From Clostridia bacterium (GTDB lineage Bacteria; Bacillota; Clostridia; TANB77; CAG-508): a DNA stretch of 64,000 bases. Below the pieces are notes generated by a model that was not told the DNA's origin, ran no database searches, and saw only the letters and a program-made list of their open reading frames with translations. Position numbers and translations under genes: made by a program. Each line of letters starts with the position of its first letter. Within the stretch, counting starts at the first letter, position 1. The DNA is taken from positions 42,513 through 106,512 of the forward strand of contig CAAEBO010000046.1 in the NCBI GenBank assembly GCA_900754085.1. The letters run 5' to 3'. This document shows, piece after piece, positions 33,092-46,653 of the stretch.

Positions 33092-35932
33092 ATGGATGAA
33101 AAAGTAGACACTAAAGCACAAGTAAAAGCAGAAAAGAAAAATAAAACTAGAATGTTATTAGTATTATTATTCCTAGCAGTAGTGGCAGTAATAGGATATA
33201 TTACCTTAAGAGGAGAATATTTAGAATTATTAGAAATAGGATCAAATTATACATCTGTATTTTGGCAAAATCTTACTTATAAATCTGTAGTTTTTGCAAT
33301 TAGTTTTGTAATATTATTTATTATAATATATTTAACTAATAAAGGTATAAAAAAAGAATTAAAGCCATTCTTTGAGGCAGAGAAAAGAAAAGTTCCAAAA
33401 TTACTTAATAAATCATTAGCATTAGTTGTTTCAATTATAGGCAGTGCTGTAATAATGAACATATTTACAGAAAATGCTATGTTATTTTTGAATAGTACAC
33501 AATTTGGTACGGGAGATCCTATATTTGGTTTAGATATTGGATATTTCATTTTTCAAAAACCATTTATAGAAATGTTACTTATGCTTTTTATAGGAATAAC
33601 AATAGGAGTATTAATTTATTCTGTAATATATTATATTGTAACATTTAATGTATGCTTTGATGGAATAGATAGAAATACATTAAAGCAAAGCAATTTAGTA
33701 AATAAAATTTTTAAATATATAAAAATAGTAGTAGTATTTTTTGCGGTATACATTATATTTAAAATACAAGATTTAGGAATAGACCAAAGTGTTACATTAC
33801 AAGACGATGAATCAACAAGAATATTTGGAGCGGGTCTAACAAGTGTTACCATAAAATTATGGGGATATGTAATATTTGCAGTATTAATGGTGATTTCAGT
33901 ATTTAAAGCAATTAAATACTTTAATAAGAAAAAAACTAAGCAAGTAGTTATATCACTAGTAACCATTCCAGGTTATTTACTAACATTATTTGTAGTAATG
34001 ACAGTATTTCAATTTGCATTTGTTAAACCTAATGAATTAGATAAAGAAAAGAAATATATAGAAGCAAATATTAATAATACAAGAACAGCATATAACATAA
34101 ATATTAAAGAAAACGAACTAGATAGTTCAGACTATAATAATTTAGATGTAGTAAACAAAAATTCAGAAACTGTAAATAATACAGCAATTGTAAGCAAAGA
34201 AATAACATTAGATACTTTAAGTGATAACCAAACAAGTTCAGATTACTATAGTTATAGTAATTCACAAATAGGAAAATATAATATTAATGGAAAAGAAGAA
34301 CTAGTTTATTTATCTCCTAGACAAATAGAAAGTAAAAACAATACAAGTTATAACAATAAAACATATGAATATACACATGGATATGGAACAGTGGTTACAT
34401 CTGCAAATAAAACAAATGATACAGGAAATATGCAATATGTTCAAAAATCATTTGATGGAAGCGATAATCAAATAAATGTTACACAACCTAGAATTTATTT
34501 TGGATTAGACGAAAATAGGCCAATAGTTACAAATTCTAAAGATAAGTCAGAATTTGATTATCCAAAATCAGAAACAGAAACTGCTCAAAACACATATGAT
34601 GGAAAAGCAGGGTTACAAACTAATTTCTTAGACAGATTAGTACTAGGAATTAGAGAAAAGAATTTAAATATAGCATTTTCTTCAAGTGTAACAAAAGATA
34701 GTAAGATATTGCTAAATAGAAATATATTAGAAAGAGTAGAGAAAGTATTTCCATATATAATTTATGACAAGAATCCATATCAAGTAATTACAGAAGAAGG
34801 AAAGATTGTTTGGGTAATTGATGGGTACACAACTGCCTCAAAATATCCTTATTCACAAATGTCTGTTATAGAAAGAAATGGAACACGAGAAAGATTAAAT
34901 TATATAAGAAATTCTGTAAAAGTAATAGTTGATAGTTATGATGGAACAGTTAATTTTTATATTACAGATACAACAGATCCAATAATTATGGCTTATAAAG
35001 AAATATATCCAGAATTATTTAAGTTAAAAGAAGAAATACCACAAGACATAGCAAATCATTTTGTTTACCCAGAATTTTTATATAATATTCAAGCTAATAT
35101 GTTAGAAAAATACCATAATGTAAAAGCAGATGTATTATATAGAAGTAGTGATATTTGGGATAGAGCTACACATACTACTGGACAAACTTTAAGAACAACA
35201 GGCACACCTATAGACCCATATTATACTATGGTAAAAACAGTAGATAGCGAAAAAGAAGAACTAGGATTAGTTTTACCATATACTTTATATGAAAGACAAA
35301 GTTTAATTTCATATCTTGTAGGAACATATGACGAAAATGGAAATAGTAAATTAACATTGTATAAATATTCAGTAGATAGCAATATAATTGGTCCAATGCA
35401 ATTAGATACACAAATAGAACAAGATGAAGAAATATCATCAACATTACAAAATTTAAATGTTACAGGTACAAAATTAATAAGAAATATGATAATGGTTCCT
35501 ATAGATAATACTATTTTATATGTAGAGCCAATATACCAAGTAATGTTAAATGAATCAGAAGTACCAACATTAAAAAAAGTAATAGTAGCTATAGGAAATA
35601 AAGTAGCTATAGGCAATAATTTAAAAGAAGCAATGAGAAACCTTGGCTCTCAATCAGCAATAAATATTGAAGTTTCAAATACAGATGATGTTAATTCAAT
35701 AATAGATGAAATTATAAAGGCAAATAAAAATGTAGAAAATTCAACTAAGAATAGCGATTGGGAAATGGTAGGAAAAGATATGTCTAGTTTACAATCTTTA
35801 ATAGATAGATTAGAAGAAGTAATAACAGAACAAAGAAAACAAGAAGAAGCAGAAAAAGAAGCGAATAAATCTAGTAATATAACAGAGAACTCTAATGAAA
35901 TAGACGTAAGAAACATGAATATAATTGAATAA
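33092..35932 (+). CDS. UPF0182 family large polytopic membrane protein
   Basis: About 940 aa with an N-terminal multi-TM region and a long extracytoplasmic domain. A GGAGGT SD precedes ATG 33092. Confidence 0.75.
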   Translation: MDEKVDTKAQVKAEKKNKTRMLLVLLFLAVVAVIGYITLRGEYLELLEIGSNYTSVFWQNLTYKSVVFAISFVILFIIIYLTNKGIKKELKPFFEAEKRKVPKLLNKSLALVVSIIGSAVIMNIFTENAMLFLNSTQFGTGDPIFGLDIGYFIFQKPFIEMLLMLFIGITIGVLIYSVIYYIVTFNVCFDGIDRNTLKQSNLVNKIFKYIKIVVVFFAVYIIFKIQDLGIDQSVTLQDDESTRIFGAGLTSVTIKLWGYVIFAVLMVISVFKAIKYFNKKKTKQVVISLVTIPGYLLTLFVVMTVFQFAFVKPNELDKEKKYIEANINNTRTAYNINIKENELDSSDYNNLDVVNKNSETVNNTAIVSKEITLDTLSDNQTSSDYYSYSNSQIGKYNINGKEELVYLSPRQIESKNNTSYNNKTYEYTHGYGTVVTSANKTNDTGNMQYVQKSFDGSDNQINVTQPRIYFGLDENRPIVTNSKDKSEFDYPKSETETAQNTYDGKAGLQTNFLDRLVLGIREKNLNIAFSSSVTKDSKILLNRNILERVEKVFPYIIYDKNPYQVITEEGKIVWVIDGYTTASKYPYSQMSVIERNGTRERLNYIRNSVKVIVDSYDGTVNFYITDTTDPIIMAYKEIYPELFKLKEEIPQDIANHFVYPEFLYNIQANMLEKYHNVKADVLYRSSDIWDRATHTTGQTLRTTGTPIDPYYTMVKTVDSEKEELGLVLPYTLYERQSLISYLVGTYDENGNSKLTLYKYSVDSNIIGPMQLDTQIEQDEEISSTLQNLNVTGTKLIRNMIMVPIDNTILYVEPIYQVMLNESEVPTLKKVIVAIGNKVAIGNNLKEAMRNLGSQSAINIEVSNTDDVNSIIDEIIKANKNVENSTKNSDWEMVGKDMSSLQSLIDRLEEVITEQRKQEEAEKEANKSSNITENSNEIDVRNMNIIE

Positions 35933-35941
35933 AAAAATGAA

Positions 35942-35973
35942 AAACACACACCATATTGTAAAGGTGTGTGTTT
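35942..35973 (+). terminator. Hairpin after the UPF0182 gene (terminator-like, overlaps the next SD)
   Basis: 11-bp stem aaacacacacc/ggtgtgtgttt with a weak T tract. Confidence 0.45.
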
Positions 35974-36267
35974 ATGTTAGAAAGAGATATAAAAATTTTA
36001 AAAGAACAAATAGATAAACTAAACTATAATTTAAATAAAAATAAATTTATCGATTTGATAGAAATAATGGGGAATAAAAAAGAAATAATTTTTAGAAATT
36101 TGTTTTCAGGTATTTGGAAAGGTATTGGAATTGGTATAGGGGTAACTTTAGTAACAGCAATAATAATTGTAATATTGCAAAAAATAATAAAATTAAATAT
36201 TCCAATAATTAGTGAGTATATAACTGATATAGTAGAAATTGTCGAAAAAACTAAAATGATTAGATAA
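35974..36267 (+). CDS. Small membrane protein (97 aa), hypothetical
   Basis: ATG with an AAGGTG SD. A single TM (GIGIGIGVTLVTAIIIVIL). Confidence 0.5.
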   Translation: MLERDIKILKEQIDKLNYNLNKNKFIDLIEIMGNKKEIIFRNLFSGIWKGIGIGIGVTLVTAIIIVILQKIIKLNIPIISEYITDIVEIVEKTKMIR

Positions 36268-36353
36268 ATAAATTATACAAAATGTAAAAATATACTTTAA
36301 AAATATAAAGAGATTGTATATAATAAGATATATTAAAAACGGAGGGAACACAA

Positions 36354-38955
<2,602 letters not shown>

Positions 38956-38973
38956 TATAGAAAGGAACATAAT

Positions 38974-39210
38974 ATGGATGGCAAATATACATTTGAACGA
39001 TTTGAAAAAGAATTAGACGCTGGATACCAAATGTATTACACATATGTACGAAATAGATATTTACTATTTAAAACAGCAGAAAATTGTTATACACAAAAAT
39101 TAATATCGGATAATCCAAAAAATCCACAGCCAAGGCAGACGGTAATAACACATAAACGAGTGGCTGAAATGTTTCCATTTATGGAAGAAATAGAATATAA
39201 AATAACATAA
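38974..39210 (+). CDS. Hypothetical small protein (78 aa)
   Basis: Clean ORF, no family recognised. Confidence 0.45.
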   Translation: MDGKYTFERFEKELDAGYQMYYTYVRNRYLLFKTAENCYTQKLISDNPKNPQPRQTVITHKRVAEMFPFMEEIEYKIT

Positions 39211-39267
39211 GAGGTAATTATACTACAATAGTAGTTAATTATATATAAAAAACTAAGGAGGAAAAAA

Positions 39268-40431
39268 ATGAGTATTGAAAAATTTGTATTAAACGAAACA
39301 TCATATTTTGGTTTTGGGGCAAGAGAAGTATTGCCAGAGGAAATAAGAAATAGAGGATATAAAAAAGTTTTAGTTGTTACAGATAAATCTTTATTCGAAA
39401 TAGGATTAACAAAAAAAGTAACAGATAAATTAGAAGAGGCAGGAATAGAATATACAGTATTTAGTGATGTAAAACCAAATCCAACTGTAAAAAATGTAAA
39501 AGATGGCTTAGAAGTTTGTAGAAATTTTGGAGCAGATGTAATAGTTGCAGTTGGTGGAGGATCTAGTATAGATACTGCGAAAGGAATATCTGTTGTTATG
39601 ACAAATCCAGATAGAGAAGATATAGTTTCTTTAAATGGATTATCAAATACAATAAATAAAGGAATGCCATTAATTGCACTTCCAACAACACATGGAACAG
39701 CAGCAGAAGTTACAATAAATTATGTAATAACAGATGAAGAAAGAGAAGTAAAAATGGTATGTGTGGATCCACATGATATACCTTTAGTTGCAATAGTAGA
39801 TACAGAGCTTATGTCTACATTACCAAAATCAATTGCAGCTTCAACAGGAATGGATGCCTTAACACATGCAATAGAGGGATATATAACAAAAGCACATAAT
39901 ACAATGTCAGATATGTTCCATATGAGAGCAATTGAATTAATATTTGAAAATTTACCATCAGCAGTAAATGAAAGAAATCAAGAAGCTATAGATAAAATGG
40001 GATTAGCACAATATATTGCAGGAATGGGATTCTCAAATGTAGGACTTGGAATAGTACATTCTATGGCACATCAATTAGGAGCAGTTTACGACACACCACA
40101 TGGACTAGCAAATGCAATCTTATTACCAACAGTTATGAGATATAATGGGCAAGATTCAGAAACAGCACAAAGATTTAGAGAAATATTAATAAATATAGGA
40201 AGACCAGATGCTGCACATTTAAATGATCAAGATGTTATAAATACATTTGTATGGAAAATATCAGAATTATCTAAAGAAGTAGGAATTACACAAACAATAA
40301 AAGATGTAGGAGCAAAAGAAGAAGACTTTGGAATGCTTGCAGACAAAGCAATGGAAGATCCTTGTAAACCAGGAAATCCAAGAGAAGTAACAAGAGAAGA
40401 CTTTATAGAATTATATAGACAAGCTATGTAA
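39268..40431 (+). CDS. Iron-containing (group III) alcohol dehydrogenase
   Basis: GGGSSIDTAKG NAD-binding motif and His-rich metal site. Confidence 0.85.
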   Translation: MSIEKFVLNETSYFGFGAREVLPEEIRNRGYKKVLVVTDKSLFEIGLTKKVTDKLEEAGIEYTVFSDVKPNPTVKNVKDGLEVCRNFGADVIVAVGGGSSIDTAKGISVVMTNPDREDIVSLNGLSNTINKGMPLIALPTTHGTAAEVTINYVITDEEREVKMVCVDPHDIPLVAIVDTELMSTLPKSIAASTGMDALTHAIEGYITKAHNTMSDMFHMRAIELIFENLPSAVNERNQEAIDKMGLAQYIAGMGFSNVGLGIVHSMAHQLGAVYDTPHGLANAILLPTVMRYNGQDSETAQRFREILINIGRPDAAHLNDQDVINTFVWKISELSKEVGITQTIKDVGAKEEDFGMLADKAMEDPCKPGNPREVTREDFIELYRQAM

Positions 40432-40495
40432 TTTGGATGGTCATTAAAATATTATTTCAAAAAAATTAATTGGAAAATAAAGGTTAAAACAAAAA

Positions 40496-40525
40496 AAGAG
40501 CAAAACTATTAGTTTGCTCTTTTTA
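40496..40525. terminator. Bidirectional terminator between the Fe-ADH gene (+) and ppaC (-)
   Basis: agagcaaa/tttgctct stem flanked by an A-run and a T-run. Confidence 0.65.
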
Positions 40526-40549
40526 TTATATAAAACTATTTAAGTTAGT

Positions 40550-41476
40550 CTAGTCTAAATTATTTAAAATATTTGGTAAAATTTGTTTTTTTCTAGAAAC
40601 AACATTCTCAAGCATTGCAGTATTATTATCTACAGAAACACCAAATGCTTTTTCTACAACAGGAGCATCATTTCCTAAAGAAATAATTTTAGAATTTGAA
40701 TTAATTATATCTGTTGCAGCAAATACATATAAATCTAAATTTTCTTTTTGAATATCTTTTGCAATTGCTTGTTCAAAATAAGATTGATTCTTAAATATTG
40801 AATCTAAATCTGCTGTATTTACTTGTGCAATTCTAAACTTTTTATTTCCTTTTTCAAATAATTTGCAATCTATATTTATAATTTCTTCTGGAGAAAATTC
40901 ACTAATGTCTGTACCTGCTTTAAGCATTTCTGTACCATAAACATTAATATCTAGCCCAGAAATTTCTTCTAATTTTTTAATAATTTTTTTATCATCTTCA
41001 GTTGTTGTTGGTGATTTTAAAATTAAAGTATCAGATGCAATAGCGCTAAGCATTAATGTAGCTATAGTCTTATCTATTTCAACATCATTTTCTTTATACA
41101 TTTTATATAAAACTGTTGCAGTACATCCAACAGGTTCTGCTCTATAATATAGTTGGTATGGTGCAACAAAATTCATTGTGTGGTGATCTACAACTTTTAA
41201 TATTTTTGCATTAGATAAGTTATTTACTGTTTGACTAGCTTCGTTATGATCAACTAAAATAACTTCTTGGTTATCTTCTACATCAGTTATTAATTCTGGT
41301 GCTTCTATTCCAAGAAATTTTAAAACATATTGAGTTTCTTTATTAACATTTCCTAATCTAACTGCTTTTGCGTTTTCATTACCTAATTTTTTTTCTAAGT
41401 TTTCCATTACTAGTGATGATGTAATAGAGTCTGTATCTGGATTTTTGTGTCCAAATATTAATGTTTCTTTTATCAT
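40550..41476 (-). CDS. ppaC: Manganese-dependent inorganic pyrophosphatase (family II, DHH-DHHA2)
   Basis: N-terminal HKNPDTDS and a DHH motif. Length 308 aa. Confidence 0.9.
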   Translation of the reverse strand: MIKETLIFGHKNPDTDSITSSLVMENLEKKLGNENAKAVRLGNVNKETQYVLKFLGIEAPELITDVEDNQEVILVDHNEASQTVNNLSNAKILKVVDHHTMNFVAPYQLYYRAEPVGCTATVLYKMYKENDVEIDKTIATLMLSAIASDTLILKSPTTTEDDKKIIKKLEEISGLDINVYGTEMLKAGTDISEFSPEEIINIDCKLFEKGNKKFRIAQVNTADLDSIFKNQSYFEQAIAKDIQKENLDLYVFAATDIINSNSKIISLGNDAPVVEKAFGVSVDNNTAMLENVVSRKKQILPNILNNLD

Positions 41477-41570
41477 ATGAGTTCCTCCTTAATTAACACA
41501 CTTTACATAAATTATTATACACGAAAATTATGTATAAGTCAATATTTTTAAAGCTTTTCCACAGTACTAC

Positions 41571-43292
41571 CTAATTAAATTCACAAGGTGTAACATTTAA
41601 TGTTTTATTATTGGTATAAATTACCATACCAGGCTTACTACCATTTGGCTTTTTTACATATTTTACAAAACAGTAATCTACAGGAACATTGTTAGAAAGC
41701 CTAGCTTTACTATAATATGCAGCAAGTTTAGCACATTTTATTAAAATTTCATTAGAAATATTTGGAGATGGATTTTTTAAAATTACATGGCTTCCATGTA
41801 TATCTTTAGTGTGAAACCAAATATCATTCTTAGTAGCTATTTTTGTAGTAAGATAATCATTTTGTTTATTATTTTTACCTACTAAAACAGTGTAACCATC
41901 TATATGAAATTCTCTAGGAACAGAAGAAATTGAGTCCTTCTTGTTGTTAGCTTTGCTATTAATTTGTAAAAAATCTTTAAAAATAGGATTTTCACTAATT
42001 TCACTATAAATTTCGTTAACTTCTACAATATCCTTAGCATATTCTAGTTCATATATGATACTTTCAATATATTGTAATTCTTCCTCAGTTTCCATCTTTT
42101 GAAGAGAAACAATTTCTAATGCGTTTTTTAATTTATTATATTTCTTAAAGTATTTTTTTGCATTATTTGAAATTGAAATTGTATTATCCAAAGGGATTAC
42201 TAAGAGAGAATTATTATCATAATAATTTTCTAATTCAATTTTGTCTGAATTATAGAACTTAGGGATTTTATATAAATTTGCTGTTATTAGCTCACCATAT
42301 AATTTATATATATTTTTGTTATTACATTCTTTAAGCTTAGTATTAATATTTTTTAATCTATCATCATACTTTTTTAAAACGTGAGAAATTAATTTTAGCA
42401 AATTATTTCTATAAGAAATAAAATTACTATTTTGTTCTTTTTCATAATAAAAATCATCTATAAAGAAATTACAATCTAAATTAGATTCTTTAATAGATAC
42501 ATCTACAGTATAGTCTAATTTATCGTTTTCGTTAGTATAGCTCTTTAAAGATACAGTATTAGTATTTAAATTATTAAGTATTTTACACAAATATTCATAC
42601 AAATTAGTAAGATCTTCTTTAGAAAAATTTGAATTATTAATATTGCATTGTAATAAAACATTCTTTATAAAGTTTTTACTAAAACCGGTAAAATAATTTA
42701 CCAAGAAATTAGTTAAATTGGTAACATTATTTTCTAAAACTAATTTGTTAAAGATGTCAAAAGAATTGACATTATAAAAACTTTTTTTACTATTTTCGGG
42801 ATATACATATTCTCTGGCGGGTAAGATATCTCGATAAGAATTAGAAAAAGTATCTAAGTGTCTTAAACTATCAATAATAAAAAAGTTATTATTTAATAGA
42901 ATAATATTACTGTGTTTTCCCATTAGTTCTATTATTAGATATTTTGTGGTTAAATCATTTAGCTCATTATATCCTTCAAGTTCAATTTGTACTATTCTTT
43001 CTAAATCCGATTTAGAAGAAATAGATTTTATTTTATATCCAAGTAAATGCTTTCTAAGTAACATACAAAAATTAGGTGCATTTAGAGGATTAGGTTTTGA
43101 ATGAGTGGTTAAATGAATTCTATACGAGTTAGAATCTATACAAATGTTTAAAGCAAAATTTTTGCCATTGGCGTAAATTCCTAGAAGAATTTCATTTTTG
43201 TTTGGTTCATAGACTTTATTTATTTTTCCGTCTAATATAGAATTTTGTAACTCGTAAGTTATTAATTTTGTTGTTATTCCATCAAAAGCCAT
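41571..43292 (-). CDS. rqcH: RqcH / fibronectin-binding protein A (NFACT family)
   Basis: NFACT-N N-terminus (MAFDGIT...), coiled-coil middle, C-terminal NFACT-R/DUF814. Confidence 0.8.
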   Translation of the reverse strand: MAFDGITTKLITYELQNSILDGKINKVYEPNKNEILLGIYANGKNFALNICIDSNSYRIHLTTHSKPNPLNAPNFCMLLRKHLLGYKIKSISSKSDLERIVQIELEGYNELNDLTTKYLIIELMGKHSNIILLNNNFFIIDSLRHLDTFSNSYRDILPAREYVYPENSKKSFYNVNSFDIFNKLVLENNVTNLTNFLVNYFTGFSKNFIKNVLLQCNINNSNFSKEDLTNLYEYLCKILNNLNTNTVSLKSYTNENDKLDYTVDVSIKESNLDCNFFIDDFYYEKEQNSNFISYRNNLLKLISHVLKKYDDRLKNINTKLKECNNKNIYKLYGELITANLYKIPKFYNSDKIELENYYDNNSLLVIPLDNTISISNNAKKYFKKYNKLKNALEIVSLQKMETEEELQYIESIIYELEYAKDIVEVNEIYSEISENPIFKDFLQINSKANNKKDSISSVPREFHIDGYTVLVGKNNKQNDYLTTKIATKNDIWFHTKDIHGSHVILKNPSPNISNEILIKCAKLAAYYSKARLSNNVPVDYCFVKYVKKPNGSKPGMVIYTNNKTLNVTPCEFN

Positions 43293-43375
43293 AATAAACT
43301 CCTTTATTTTTTTTAGTATTATATTATAAACTTATTAATATGGCAATTAAAAAACTTAATAACTACTAAAAAGTA

Positions 43376-43405
43376 TTGACATTATGCGCTTTTTTGACAT
43401 ATAAT
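43376..43405 (+). promoter_or_regulatory. Sigma-A type promoter upstream of sigH
   Basis: TTGACA, an 18-nt spacer, then TATAAT. Confidence 0.45.
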
Positions 43406-43443
43406 GTGACGTAGATATATTAGCAGGGGGTTACAATACACTT

Positions 43444-44094
43444 ATGAAATACAGCAATATGTTTTATCCGTTTGATTCAAAATATGAACTAATGCAAGAT
43501 GAAGAAATAATAACTCAAATAAAAGCAGGGGATAAAAGCGCTTTAAATTATATAATGGAAAAATATAAAGAACTTGTTAATATGAAAGTTAGTAAGTATT
43601 ATATAATAGGAGCAGAAAAGGAAGATATTATCCAAGAGGGAATGATTGGATTATATAAAGCTATAAAAAGTTACTCAGATGATAAAAATGCGAGTTTTAA
43701 ATCATTTGCAAATATGTGCATAGAAAGACAGTTAATAACAGCAATAAAAACATCAAATAGACAAAAACATATGCCACTTAATTCATACTTATCATTAAAT
43801 ACATCTGCATATGATGAAGAAGACAACACAGAGCTTATGGATGTTTTTAACAATAACACGGTGGAAGATCCGCTAGAAACAATAACTAAAAAAGAATATT
43901 ATGAAACAGTAGAAAGTGTAATAGATAAATCTTTAAGTGATTTTGAAAAACAAGTATTAGCCAGATTTATGAAGGGAGAAAGTTATATAGATATAGCTAA
44001 TAAACTAAATTCACCTGTTAAATCGATAGATAATGCTATTCAGAGAATAAGAAAGAAAGCAATTAAAAATATATTAAAAGAAAATGATAAATAA
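43444..44094 (+). CDS. sigH: RNA polymerase sigma factor SigH (Spo0H)
   Basis: Close match to B. subtilis SigH regions 2 to 4 (EDIIQEGMIGLYKAIKSY..., TAIKTSNRQKHMPLNSY). Confidence 0.85.
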   Translation: MKYSNMFYPFDSKYELMQDEEIITQIKAGDKSALNYIMEKYKELVNMKVSKYYIIGAEKEDIIQEGMIGLYKAIKSYSDDKNASFKSFANMCIERQLITAIKTSNRQKHMPLNSYLSLNTSAYDEEDNTELMDVFNNNTVEDPLETITKKEYYETVESVIDKSLSDFEKQVLARFMKGESYIDIANKLNSPVKSIDNAIQRIRKKAIKNILKENDK

Positions 44095-44148
44095 TAATTA
44101 AAATTGTGCTTAGAATGGTCTGATGCACAATTTTAATTGCTAAAAAAT

Positions 44149-44224
<76 letters not shown>

Positions 44225-44293
44225 GTATTTATTTTGCAAAACAAAAACTTTGGCATAAATTATAAAATAATTATAAATAAAGGAGCGATAAAA

Positions 44294-45379
44294 TTGAAGA
44301 TAGGAATAGTAGGACTTCCTAATGTAGGAAAAAGTACAATGTTTAATGCAATAACAAAAGCAGGTGCTGAATGTGCGAATTATCCTTTTTGTACGATAGA
44401 GCCAAATGTAGGAATGGTACCTGTGCCAGATGAAAGAATAGATAACTTAGCAAAAATGTATGATCCAGAAAAAATAACACATGCAGTAATAGAATTTGTA
44501 GATATAGCAGGGCTTGTAAAAGGTGCAAGCAAAGGAGAAGGTTTAGGAAATAAATTTTTATCACATATAAGAGAAGTTGATAGTATATTAGAAGTGGTAA
44601 GATGTTTTGAAGACCCTAATATTGTACATGTTGATGGTTCAATAGATCCTATAAGAGATATAGAAACAATAAATTTAGAACTTGTTTTTGCAGATTTAGA
44701 AACAGTAAATAAAAGATTAGAAAAGGCAAAGAAACTATTAAAAGGTGATAAATCATACAAAGCAGAAATAGATTTATTAGAAAAAGTAAAAGAAACTTTA
44801 GAAGAAGGAAAGCCAGCAAGAATATTAGAATTATCAGAAGAAGAAAAAGAAATTATAAAAGATAGTTTCTTACTTACTATGAAACCAATTTTATATGTTA
44901 CAAATGTTTCAGAAAATGAAATTTCAGAAGATAACCAATATGTAGAGAAAGTAAAAGAATATGCAAAAAACGAAAATGCAAAAGTTATAAAACTATGTGT
45001 AAAAATAGAAGAAGAATTATCTGGATTAGAAGATGATGATAAAAAAGAAATGCTAGAAGCTTTGGGAATGGAAGAATCAGGACTAGATAAAGTTATAAAA
45101 GAAAGCTATGACTTATTAGGGTTAATGTCATTCTTAACAGCAGGAAAACCAGAAGTTAGAGCGTGGACAATAAAGAAAGGTACAAAAGCTCCAGAAGCAG
45201 CAGGAAAAATACACTCAGATATCCAAAGAGGATTTATAAGAGCAGAAGTTGTTTCTTACGATGATCTAATAAAATTAGGTTCTTTAAATGAAGCAAAAGA
45301 AAAAGGATTAGTAAGATCAGAAGGAAAAGAATACATAATGCAAGATGGAGATATAGTATTATTTAGATTTAACGTATAA
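44294..45379 (+). CDS. ychF: Ribosome-binding ATPase YchF/Ola1
   Basis: (M)KIGIVGLPNVGKST after a TTG start with an AGGAGCG SD, and a C-terminal TGS domain. The listed start 44180 lies inside the tRNA. Confidence 0.9.
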   Translation: MKIGIVGLPNVGKSTMFNAITKAGAECANYPFCTIEPNVGMVPVPDERIDNLAKMYDPEKITHAVIEFVDIAGLVKGASKGEGLGNKFLSHIREVDSILEVVRCFEDPNIVHVDGSIDPIRDIETINLELVFADLETVNKRLEKAKKLLKGDKSYKAEIDLLEKVKETLEEGKPARILELSEEEKEIIKDSFLLTMKPILYVTNVSENEISEDNQYVEKVKEYAKNENAKVIKLCVKIEEELSGLEDDDKKEMLEALGMEESGLDKVIKESYDLLGLMSFLTAGKPEVRAWTIKKGTKAPEAAGKIHSDIQRGFIRAEVVSYDDLIKLGSLNEAKEKGLVRSEGKEYIMQDGDIVLFRFNV

Positions 45380-45516
45380 TTCCAAGGTTTTACATGGAAA
45401 TTTATGAAAATTGAAAATATATTGTAAAAAAACTTGATTTTTATAATAAAGTGTAGTATAAATAATAGTAGTATTGAATATAATATAAACAAAAGAGAGA
45501 AAAGGTAGGGAAGAAA

Positions 45517-45855
45517 ATGAGAAAAAATAGTTTAATTAAAGGAATTTTATTAGTTACAATAATAGCAATTTCAATGTTAATTACAAGCAATGCTTATGCA
45601 GCAGAAACAATCGTGTTAACACAAAATGCACCAGCAAATAATACAGCTGTAGCAAATAACACAGCAACAAATAATAGTGCATTATCATCAACATTAACAC
45701 CAACATCTACAACAAATAACACTACTTCAACATTAAATCAAAACTTACCTAAAACAGGTATAGCAGATAACACAATAGTATTTGCAGTAGTAGGTATTTG
45801 TGCAGTAGCAGCAATATATGCTTACAAAAAAGTAAGAGACTATAAAGGAATTTAA
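45517..45855 (+). CDS. Small LPXTG cell-wall-anchored protein (sortase substrate)
   Basis: Signal peptide, a 50-aa N/T/A-rich spacer, LPKTG, a TM segment, then a KKVRDYKGI tail. Confidence 0.75.
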   Translation: MRKNSLIKGILLVTIIAISMLITSNAYAAETIVLTQNAPANNTAVANNTATNNSALSSTLTPTSTTNNTTSTLNQNLPKTGIADNTIVFAVVGICAVAAIYAYKKVRDYKGI

Positions 45856-45952
45856 TTAATTTTATATAAATTTAAGCTATATTTTAATATAAAATTTACG
45901 AACGGTTTTTATTTTAAAATTATATATGCTAATTAAATGGACTAGTTTTAAG

Positions 45953-46543
45953 CTAGTCCATTTCTCTTGCTTTAAATATAGCTCTGTTTTTATTCTTATT
46001 ATTACAAGTTATTAATGTAACTTCTTTTTTATTATTAGTATTCTGATCTAAAATAGAAGTATTATTAATTTCTACTTCAAACTTTTTATAAATACTGTAT
46101 TCTAGGTATTCATTATTTAAATTATAAATTCTAATAATATCTCCAGTAGAAAGTTGATTTAAATTACTAAAGAAATTTCCATTGTCGTAATTATGACCAG
46201 CAATACACAAATTTCCAACCTCATTGGGATTTGGACCACAAAGTCTGCAAGGAGAGATTTTTAAAAGTTCTTCAGAACATTCTGAAATAATAGGGTAATT
46301 TAAATTGATTTTTGGTATTTCTATTTTTCCAATTATGCTAGAAGAATTAGAATGCTCATTAATGGTATTAGTGTGATATAGTGATAGAGTTTGGTATTTA
46401 TCTTCTAATTTGTGTGAAAAAGAATGTAATTTTGAAGTTTGGTGTTTAACAAAAGAAAAATAACCTAGTAAAGCTAAAATAATAAAAATGCAAAGAACTA
46501 ATGATATTAAAAATATGATTTTTGTTTTATAATATTTGTTCAT
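45953..46543 (-). CDS. Sortase (class A-like transpeptidase)
   Basis: N-terminal TM, catalytic His (CIAGHN), TLITC catalytic Cys motif, downstream Arg. Confidence 0.8.
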   Translation of the reverse strand: MNKYYKTKIIFLISLVLCIFIILALLGYFSFVKHQTSKLHSFSHKLEDKYQTLSLYHTNTINEHSNSSSIIGKIEIPKINLNYPIISECSEELLKISPCRLCGPNPNEVGNLCIAGHNYDNGNFFSNLNQLSTGDIIRIYNLNNEYLEYSIYKKFEVEINNTSILDQNTNNKKEVTLITCNNKNKNRAIFKAREMD

Positions 46544-46653
46544 AATAATATTTTTTACAGAAAAAATATTATTATTATAAAATTATTAAAATGTAAAAAA
46601 TTTGTGGACTTTTTTTAAAATATAGCTTAAAATAAAGTGTAGGAGGTAATAAT

